Positions 55,953 to 64,000 of a stretch of DNA of 64,000 bases are shown piece by piece. The translations under genes and the position numbers were made by a program. This DNA comes from Obrimoposthia wandeli. Lineage: Eukaryota. The notes under the pieces are model-generated. The model was given only the letters and a program-made list of their open reading frames with translations, was not told the origin of the DNA and ran no database searches. The stretch is taken from positions 1,860,001-1,924,000 of the forward strand of contig CDROCS010000506.1 in the NCBI GenBank assembly GCA_977020255.1. The letters are read 5' to 3'. Each line of letters begins with the position of its first letter. The stretch's first letter is position 1.

Positions 55953-55988
55953 TATCTAACCCATACGTTGTAAAGTAAGGATGATTAG

Positions 55989-56017
55989 AGAATAAAACAG
56001 ATTACATTTTTATGCAA
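55989..56017 (-). promoter_or_regulatory. Putative argC promoter overlapping the ARG boxes
   Basis: TTGCAT-17 bp-TATTCT. Confidence 0.5.
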
Positions 56018-56039
56018 CTTTTATGCATAAAAAAACAAT
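56001..56039. promoter_or_regulatory. Two ArgR boxes separated by 3 bp in the argE/argC divergent region
   Basis: ATTACATTTTTATGCAAC-ttt-TATGCATAAAAAAACAAT: two 18-bp imperfect palindromes with the canonical 3-bp spacing. Confidence 0.8.
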
Positions 56040-56060
56040 CAATCATTACAGGAACGTAAT

Positions 56061-57209
56061 ATGCAGCTACCTAAATTCAACGAACTTTATAAATCACTGA
56101 TCTTAACCCCTTCAATCAGCTCATTAGAAAAAGAGTTAGATATCAGCAACAAGCCTGTTATCGACTTACTTGCTGGTTGGTTCAGCGAACTTGGCTTTAG
56201 CATTAATATCACTAGCGTACCTGAAACTAATGGTAAATTTAATCTAGTCGCAACTTACGGACAAGGTGATGGCGGGTTATTACTCGCTGGCCACACAGAT
56301 ACCGTGCCATTTGATGACGGTTTATGGACTAAAGATCCGTTCCAACTGACCGAAAAAGACGATAAATGGTATGGTTTAGGCTCTATCGATATGAAGGGAT
56401 TTTTCGCCTTTGTATTAGAAGCATGTAAAAACATTGATTTAACAAAACTCGATAAACCTCTGCGTATACTCGCTACCGCCGATGAAGAAACCACAATGGC
56501 GGGTGCCAGAGCAATAGCAGCAGCGAAAAGCTTCCGCCCAGATTATGCGGTAATCGGTGAACCAACAAATATGGTCCCCGTGTTTATGCACAAAGGTCAT
56601 ATGTCCGAGGCAATTAGAATTACTGGACGCAGCGGTCACTCCTCTGATCCAGCCAACGGTATTAATGCGATTGAGATAATGCATCAAGTGACTGGGCAAT
56701 TATTAACATTACAACGTAAGTTAAAAGAACAATACGCCTGCGATCATTTTGTTATTCCACAACCAACCCTTAACTTTGGCCATGTACATGGTGGTGATAG
56801 CCCGAATCGTATTTGTGGTAGTTGTGAACTACACATCGACATGCGCCCTATTCCAGGTGTCGAACCAGATGAATTATTCATGTTACTCAACCAAGCGTTA
56901 TTACCGATCATGAAGCAGTGGCCCGGCGCAGTCGATGTTTATCATCTGCATGAACCTATCCCAGCTTATGCTTGTGATACAGACTCAGCATTAATAAAAT
57001 TAGCTGAAAAGCTAACAGGTGAAAGTGTTATCCCGGTAAATTACTGTACCGAAGCGCCTTTTATTCAACAACTTGGCTGCGATACTATTGTGATGGGTCC
57101 AGGTAGCATCAATCAAGCGCACCAACCTGATGAATATTTAGATTTAGCCCAAGTGAAACCAACTCAAGCTATTATCCAAAAACTGATTGAACAATCATGT
57201 AAAAACTAA
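56061..57209 (+). CDS. argE: Acetylornithine deacetylase
   Basis: [53 protein letters not shown]. Confidence 0.97.
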   Translation: MQLPKFNELYKSLILTPSISSLEKELDISNKPVIDLLAGWFSELGFSINITSVPETNGKFNLVATYGQGDGGLLLAGHTDTVPFDDGLWTKDPFQLTEKDDKWYGLGSIDMKGFFAFVLEACKNIDLTKLDKPLRILATADEETTMAGARAIAAAKSFRPDYAVIGEPTNMVPVFMHKGHMSEAIRITGRSGHSSDPANGINAIEIMHQVTGQLLTLQRKLKEQYACDHFVIPQPTLNFGHVHGGDSPNRICGSCELHIDMRPIPGVEPDELFMLLNQALLPIMKQWPGAVDVYHLHEPIPAYACDTDSALIKLAEKLTGESVIPVNYCTEAPFIQQLGCDTIVMGPGSINQAHQPDEYLDLAQVKPTQAIIQKLIEQSCKN

Positions 57210-57225
57210 CTAAGAATTATCGTTT

Positions 57226-57240
57226 TGTAGTAAAATTACA
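57226..57240 (+). promoter_or_regulatory. Putative HexR site upstream of ppc
   Basis: TGTAGTAAAATTACA, near-perfect TGTAATwwwATTACA palindrome, about 40 bp upstream of a TTGACG -35. Confidence 0.65.
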
Positions 57241-57365
57241 GTCAATATCACAATTAATCGTATTAATTACACGATTTTGTTGACGAATGTCTCTAAATAT
57301 AGTTATTTTACATACATAACGATAATAGTTGTTGCCGTATTACACACTGAATTGAAGGATTATGT

Positions 57366-59996
57366 ATGTCAGATAAATATGCAGCGTTACGAAGTAATGT
57401 TGGCTTATTAGGCCAAGTGCTCGGGAATACAATCAAGGATCATCTTGGAGAAGAGTTCCTCGATAAGATTGAAACCATTCGTCAACTAGCAAAATCATCA
57501 CGCGCTGGTAATGATAAAGACCGCGCACAATTACTCACTGTTTTACGTGGCCTCTCAGATGATGAGCTACTGCCAGTTGCACGCGCATTTAGCCAATTCC
57601 TAAACTTAGCTAACATCGCAGAGCAGTTCCACACAACGTCGCGTAACTGTGCCGATAATGTTTGTGTACCCGATTCAATTGATGAACTGTTTGCAAAACT
57701 TAATAACTCTGAAATCAGTGAAGAAGATGTACTTTCTGCAGTTAAGAATCTAAATATCGATTTAGTACTGACCGCGCATCCAACTGAGATCACCCGTCGT
57801 ACCCTGATCCACAAGCATGGCGCCATCAATAAATGCCTTAGCCAGCTAGAATTAACTGAATTAAGCGATCAAGAACGCAATGTCTTCATGACGCGTATCG
57901 AACAATTGGTATCACAAGCTTGGCACACTAACGAAATTAGAACAGTACGCCCAACGCCTGTCGATGAAGCGAAATGGGGCTTTGCCGTTGTCGAAAATTC
58001 ATTATGGGATGCTGTACCAAACTTCTTACGCCGCCTAGATACACGTTTACAAGACCGTTTAGATTATCAATTACCTATTGATGCATCGCCAGTTAAGTTT
58101 ACTTCTTGGATGGGTGGTGATCGCGATGGTAATCCGTTTGTTACCTCAAAAGTAACCGAAGAAGTACTACTCACTAGCCGCTGGATGGCGATTCACTTGT
58201 TCCTTAAAGATGTAACGCATCTTACCAGTGAACTATCCATGAATGACTGTGATGACACATTACGCGCATTGGTTGGTGAAAGTCATGAACCGTATCGTGT
58301 ATTACTGAAAAAATTACGCAGTGAATTGACCGAGACACTGGCTAGCCTGACGGCACAGCTAAAAGGTGAACCCACTGAAAGCCGTGACATCATCACCAAG
58401 ACAGCACAATTACGCCAACCATTATTAGCGTGTTACAACTCGCTAAATGCTTGTGGCATGGCTGTTATTGCCAAAGGCGCGTTACTCGATACAATCCGTC
58501 GTGTTGAATGCTTTGGTGTGAGCTTAGTTAAACTTGATATTCGCCAAGACAGCGACCGTCATACTGATGTGATAGCAGAAGTAACTCGCTACCTTGGTCT
58601 AGGCGATTATGCACAATGGAGCGAACAAGATAAACAAGCTTTCTTACTGCAAGAACTAAATAACAAACGCCCACTGATTCCAATTTGTTGGCAGCCATCT
58701 GCAGATGTGAAAGAAGTACTTGATACTTGTCGCACTGTGGCAAAACAAGATCCTGAATCACTGGGTATCTACATCATCTCAATGGCGCGTAAAGCCTCTG
58801 ATGTATTAGCTGTACAACTACTATTAAAAGAAACTGGCTGTCCATTCCGTTTACCTGTAGCGCCATTATTCGAAACATTAGACGATCTGAATAATGCCGG
58901 CACAGTAACTGCGAGCCTATTAGCAATTGATTGGTATAAGAACTACATCAATGGCCATCAGCACATTATGATCGGTTATTCTGATTCAGCTAAAGATGCG
59001 GGTGTAATTGCGGCATCGTGGGCGCAATATCGTTCACAAGAAGCCTTAGTTGCTATCTGTGAGCAAGAAGATATTAACCTGACTTTATTCCATGGACGTG
59101 GTGGTAGTATCGGTCGTGGTGGCGCTCCTGCACATGCAGCCCTGCTGTCTCAACCTCCAGGTTCACTTAAAGGTGGTTTACGCGTAACAGAGCAAGGTGA
59201 AATGATCCGCTTTAAGTTTGGTCTTGCAGACGTCGCAGAACAAAGCTTAAACCTTTATACCAGTGCAATTCTAGAAGCGAATTTACTGCCGCCGCCAGCA
59301 CCTGAACAAGCGTGGCGTGATGCAATGGATCAAATGTCAGCGGATTCATGTGAAGAATATCGTTCATATATCCAAGGTCATGAAAAATTCGTACCTTACT
59401 TCCGCTCTGCCACACCTGAGCTAGAATTAGGTAAACTGCCACTCGGTAGTCGCCCTGCAAAACGTAAGCCCAACGGTGGCGTAGAAAGTTTACGTGCGAT
59501 CCCTTGGATCTTTGCATGGACACAAAACCGCTTAATGCTACCAGCTTGGTTAGGTTGTACTGCCGCATTTAAAAACATGCTGGATTCAGGTCAACGTGAA
59601 ACGCTGCAAGAAATGCAACAGCAATGGCCGTTCTTCAATACGCGTTTAGAAATGTTTGAAATGGTATTTTTGAAAGCCGACGCTTGGTTAGCAGAATATT
59701 ATGACCAGTGTTTGGTAACAGAAGATTTATGGCATTTAGGTAAAGAATTACGTGCCAGTTTAGCCCTAGCAACAGAGCTAATTGTTGGTTTAACGCCAGA
59801 TGCTAATTTACTCGATGGCCAACCTTGGAGCAAAACGTCGATTGAATTACGTAATCCGTATACCGATCCACTGAATATTCTCCAAGCAGAGCTATTAAGC
59901 CGCGCGCGTAGCAATGAAGACGTTAATCCAGATATAGAGCAAGCCCTAATGGTAAGTATCGCTGGTGTTGCTGCTGGTATGCGTAATACTGGCTAG
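57366..59996 (+). CDS. ppc: Phosphoenolpyruvate carboxylase
   Basis: [47 protein letters not shown]-terminal MRNTG. Confidence 0.99.
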   Translation: MSDKYAALRSNVGLLGQVLGNTIKDHLGEEFLDKIETIRQLAKSSRAGNDKDRAQLLTVLRGLSDDELLPVARAFSQFLNLANIAEQFHTTSRNCADNVCVPDSIDELFAKLNNSEISEEDVLSAVKNLNIDLVLTAHPTEITRRTLIHKHGAINKCLSQLELTELSDQERNVFMTRIEQLVSQAWHTNEIRTVRPTPVDEAKWGFAVVENSLWDAVPNFLRRLDTRLQDRLDYQLPIDASPVKFTSWMGGDRDGNPFVTSKVTEEVLLTSRWMAIHLFLKDVTHLTSELSMNDCDDTLRALVGESHEPYRVLLKKLRSELTETLASLTAQLKGEPTESRDIITKTAQLRQPLLACYNSLNACGMAVIAKGALLDTIRRVECFGVSLVKLDIRQDSDRHTDVIAEVTRYLGLGDYAQWSEQDKQAFLLQELNNKRPLIPICWQPSADVKEVLDTCRTVAKQDPESLGIYIISMARKASDVLAVQLLLKETGCPFRLPVAPLFETLDDLNNAGTVTASLLAIDWYKNYINGHQHIMIGYSDSAKDAGVIAASWAQYRSQEALVAICEQEDINLTLFHGRGGSIGRGGAPAHAALLSQPPGSLKGGLRVTEQGEMIRFKFGLADVAEQSLNLYTSAILEANLLPPPAPEQAWRDAMDQMSADSCEEYRSYIQGHEKFVPYFRSATPELELGKLPLGSRPAKRKPNGGVESLRAIPWIFAWTQNRLMLPAWLGCTAAFKNMLDSGQRETLQEMQQQWPFFNTRLEMFEMVFLKADAWLAEYYDQCLVTEDLWHLGKELRASLALATELIVGLTPDANLLDGQPWSKTSIELRNPYTDPLNILQAELLSRARSNEDVNPDIEQALMVSIAGVAAGMRNTG

Positions 59997-60037
59997 TACG
60001 ATAGAAAGTACGGTAGGTAACAAATACTGTAGATAAT

Positions 60038-60070
60038 AAAATGCCGACTCTGAATAGGGTCGGCATTTTT
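60038..60070. terminator. Bidirectional terminator between ppc and metF
   Basis: AAAATGCCGACTC-tgaata-GGGTCGGCATTTTT. Confidence 0.85.
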
Positions 60071-60110
60071 GTATCTGTCTATTTATAAAAGTAGATAGAG
60101 GTAATGGAAG

Positions 60111-61010
<900 letters not shown>

Positions 61011-61013
61011 TTA

Positions 61014-61045
61014 AGATGTTTAGACGTCCATAGCTCTGTACGTCT
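61014..61045. promoter_or_regulatory. Four tandem Met boxes (MetJ operator) at metF
   Basis: AGATGTTT AGACGTCC ATAGCTCT GTACGTCT, scoring 6, 7, 5 and 6 of 8 against AGACGTCT in 8-bp register. Confidence 0.85.
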
Positions 61046-61076
61046 TCATCATCACAACTTTGCCCTCTAAAGTCAA

Positions 61077-61111
61077 CGCACATAATTCATCTTAAACATG
61101 AATTATGTGCG
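61077..61111. repeat. Perfect 14-bp inverted repeat abutting the putative metF -35 (terminator for metL or a protein site)
   Basis: CGCACATAATTCAT-cttaaac-ATGAATTATGTGCG. TTGACT lies immediately downstream on the minus strand. Confidence 0.75.
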
Positions 61112-61142
61112 CATTGAAGCTTAGCCGTAGGAAATGCTGTCG

Positions 61143-63566
61143 TTAGCGTGCCAACAGCTTACACAATTGGTACAGATCAGCCTGAATAGCCCCCGCAGTC
61201 ACTTCTTTACCCGCACCTGGCCCTTGGATCACTAATGGGTTATGACGATACCAAAGACTATTAATCGAAAAGATATTGTCACACGGTAATAAATTGGCAA
61301 ACGGATGTGTCGGCTCTAAAAATTCCAAACCAACCTGAGCACCGTCTTTATTACTAAAGCTCGCCACGTAACGTAATACTAACCCCTGCTTTTTAGCTTT
61401 GTTAAACATGCGTAATATTTTATCGTCTAACGCTTCGCAATGTTCTAAAAACTCATCGGCTTTAAAAGCCATTAATTCTGCAGATACTAACGACTCTAAC
61501 TTGATATCGCTCAGTTCCATGTCATAACCAGCTTCACGACTCAAGATAAGTAATTTACGCTGCACATCTTTACCAGATAAATCTTCACGTGGATCTGGTT
61601 CTGTTAAACCTTGTTGCCACGCTTGTTCGACTAATTCTGAGAAGGCAACCTGACCATCATATTGTTGGAATAACCAAGATAATGTACCCGAGAAAATACC
61701 ACTCACGGCAGTAACTTGATCGCCACTGTTTTGCAGCATATCCATGGATGACTGAATAGGTAACCCAGCACCGACAGTCGCGTTATAGAGCCAGTGACTT
61801 TCATTATCGCTAAAACTTTGCTTAACCCGATTATAAAATTCGCTACTCGCCGCGCCGGCAAATTTATTTGCTGAAATCAGGTGGAAACCATGTTGAGCAA
61901 ATTCAGGATAATAATAACTAATCGCTTCACTGGCGGTAATATCAATCACCACTAACTCATCAAACGGGTGCAAGGCCAAATTAGATAATAACTGTTCCCA
62001 GACAAACGTTTCCGGTTGGAAGTTATCAAGTACAGTCGCAGCATCTAGGCCATTGAAGTCTAATACCCCACCCTGTGAGCCATATACGCCACACAAGCAC
62101 AGTTCAACATTCTGTTGCTCCGGTACTTTATGTATTTGCTGGGCGAATAATGATAACCAACCAGCACCAATATTACCTTTACCAAATAGCACCACACCAA
62201 CACGTTTTGGCTGTTTGAATAGCACAGTATGTAATTCTTTTAATAACGGTTCGAGTACAACTTTCTGCAATACTGCACAGATACTTAAATGATTATCACC
62301 AGTTTGTACGAAACTAAGATTATGCTCAGAAATTAACTGATAAAACTGGTGAGACTGCAACGCATTTTCTGTCACGCCCGAGCCTACTAATGCCACCATA
62401 CAAAAGCCACTGCGACAATCAATAGCACTGATCTGCGGTTGTTGCTGCTGGTAAGATTTTAATGCCGAAAGTGAGAATTCAACAATTTCAGCGGTATAGC
62501 CTAAACGCACCACATGATCGGTTGGACGACGTTTAATGCAAATCGGCGATAATTGTTGTTCGGCAAGCAAGGCAAGTAACTGATCATATTGTGTTTGGTA
62601 ATCAGCGTTTGCTGAAAATTCAATATCGATTAAATACAGATCATCAATCGAGGTAACGATTTTGGCACCCTTACCTTTGGGTAAACGACGGTGGATCTGG
62701 GTAGAACCTTCGCTAGGTGTATAACTACAACGCAACTGCACATGCTGTTTACTCGCCACTACCGGCTGTAAAGTACGAGCATGTAATACCGGAGAGCCTA
62801 AACGAGCCAGTTCAGCGGCTTCATCAAGGGATAATTTAGTTTGTAATTCAGCATCTTTAACGCGACGTGGATCAGCGCTAAATACCCCAGCAACATCACT
62901 CCAAATAGTTGTTTGATTTGCATCGACTAATGCACCTAATAACGTCGCCGAATAATCAGAGCCATTACGCCCTAACGTGACAGTACGCTGTTGACTATCA
63001 CCAGCAATAAAACCAGTGACGACGACACGATTCTTGAGCGTCGCTAAACACGTCATTAATTTCTGACGCGATACAGTTTCATCAACAACAGGCTGCGCCG
63101 CTAATTCAGTCGTTAAGAACAAGCGTGAGTCTAAATCATCTGCGGGTAATTGGTTTTGCGTCAGTAATGCCGCTAGCAGTCGGGCTGACCATACTTCACC
63201 ATGGGCAAGGATTTGGTTTTTAGCGTAAACATCAAGGCTAGTTTCTAATAAATGGCTAATGGTATGAATGTCATCTTGCAGTGCAGCAGTGAGTTTTGCA
63301 CATAATTCATCAGCTAATAGCTCAGCGATCAGCTTAGCTTGGTATTCACACGTGGCAATAAGTCGTTCAGGCGCAGCTTGATCACCGTCTTCCGCTAACT
63401 GTAACAATTCTAACAGCTGGTTAGTGGTTTTGCCTGCCGCAGAAACAACAATCAGATCTTGAGCCTGGGTGTGCTCACTAATAATCGCCGATACGCGACG
63501 ATAACAAGTGGCATCCGCTAAACTACTGCCACCAAATTTATGAATACTACGCTTCACTGCGTCCAT
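61143..63566 (-). CDS. metL: Bifunctional aspartate kinase II / homoserine dehydrogenase II
   Basis: HKFGGSSLA, LGRNGSDYSA, IWSDVAGVFSADPR; HDH part GKGNIG, NATVGAGLP, GPGAG.EVTAG; 807 aa. Confidence 0.97.
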   Translation of the reverse strand: MDAVKRSIHKFGGSSLADATCYRRVSAIISEHTQAQDLIVVSAAGKTTNQLLELLQLAEDGDQAAPERLIATCEYQAKLIAELLADELCAKLTAALQDDIHTISHLLETSLDVYAKNQILAHGEVWSARLLAALLTQNQLPADDLDSRLFLTTELAAQPVVDETVSRQKLMTCLATLKNRVVVTGFIAGDSQQRTVTLGRNGSDYSATLLGALVDANQTTIWSDVAGVFSADPRRVKDAELQTKLSLDEAAELARLGSPVLHARTLQPVVASKQHVQLRCSYTPSEGSTQIHRRLPKGKGAKIVTSIDDLYLIDIEFSANADYQTQYDQLLALLAEQQLSPICIKRRPTDHVVRLGYTAEIVEFSLSALKSYQQQQPQISAIDCRSGFCMVALVGSGVTENALQSHQFYQLISEHNLSFVQTGDNHLSICAVLQKVVLEPLLKELHTVLFKQPKRVGVVLFGKGNIGAGWLSLFAQQIHKVPEQQNVELCLCGVYGSQGGVLDFNGLDAATVLDNFQPETFVWEQLLSNLALHPFDELVVIDITASEAISYYYPEFAQHGFHLISANKFAGAASSEFYNRVKQSFSDNESHWLYNATVGAGLPIQSSMDMLQNSGDQVTAVSGIFSGTLSWLFQQYDGQVAFSELVEQAWQQGLTEPDPREDLSGKDVQRKLLILSREAGYDMELSDIKLESLVSAELMAFKADEFLEHCEALDDKILRMFNKAKKQGLVLRYVASFSNKDGAQVGLEFLEPTHPFANLLPCDNIFSINSLWYRHNPLVIQGPGAGKEVTAGAIQADLYQLCKLLAR

Positions 63567-63645
63567 GCGTTCTCCCGAACTTAATATCGAATTAATGTAT
63601 TACTAGTACCTCAAAACATACACCATTAAGTCACAATAGGTCAAT

Positions 63646-63661
63646 AGACGTCTAGAGCTCT
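63646..63661. promoter_or_regulatory. Tandem Met boxes between metL and metJ
   Basis: AGACGTCT (8/8) followed directly by AGAGCTCT (6/8). Confidence 0.85.
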
Positions 63662-63743
63662 TTACATACTGATTGCCAATAATCAAATTCAAAGGTAGAC
63701 TTATTACTTATTCATTAAATAATAATTTACCCAAAGGTCGAAA

Positions 63744-64000
63744 ATGACGAAGTGGAACGGCGAGTATATTAGTCCCTATGCAGAACATGGGAAAAAGAGT
63801 GAACAGGTTAAGAAGATTACTGTTTCAATTCCTTTGAAAGTATTGAAAATACTGACAGATGAAAGAACTCGCCGTCAGATTAATAATCAACGCCATGCGA
63901 CTAACAGTGAATTATTATGTGAAGCATTTTTACATGCTTACACTGGTCAGCCATTACCGGCAGATGAAGATTTAACCAAAGACAAACCAGATAACATACC
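63744..64000 (+). CDS. metJ: Methionine repressor MetJ (runs off the window's right edge)
   Basis: Not in the ORF track. Hand translation [65 protein letters not shown]. Confidence 0.98.
   Translation, partial: MTKWNGEYISPYAEHGKKSEQVKKITVSIPLKVLKILTDERTRRQINNQRHATNSELLCEAFLHAYTGQPLPADEDLTKDKPDNI

Overview
Core chromosomal segment of a marine gammaproteobacterium, most likely Moritella (inferred from the divergent argE / argCBFGH(A) cluster with ornithine carbamoyltransferase inside the operon and an ArgH-ArgA fusion). From left to right: the 5' part of the MSHA pilus cluster (mshL partial, mshK, mshJ, split mshI, csrD), ssb and a YajR-type MFS. Next is an accessory block: a VpsT/CsgD/QstR-like LuxR regulator followed by a three-gene polysaccharide export module (Wzc-like co-polymerase/tyrosine kinase, outer-membrane beta-barrel, short OPX) with no synthesis genes. 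Then come uvrA and a PglL-type O-oligosaccharyltransferase, and housekeeping genes (aminotransferase, marC, DUF4202, bioH, comF, nfuA, gpsA, secB, rhodanese, gpmI, envC, panM). A complete minus-strand rRNA operon (16S, tRNA-Glu, 23S, two tandem 5S) follows, then the full alpha, spc and S10 ribosomal protein operons, the arginine cluster, ppc, metF, metL and metJ (partial). I saw no transposase, integrase, prophage or CRISPR array. The two best leads are (1) a candidate Arg-codon leader peptide (MNRFSWFRRDSI) with competing hairpins in the long argC 5' leader, and (2) the stand-alone regulator plus composite OPX/beta-barrel export cassette placed ahead of uvrA-pglL. Gene and motif calls come from recognition by eye; no database searches or folding calculations were run.
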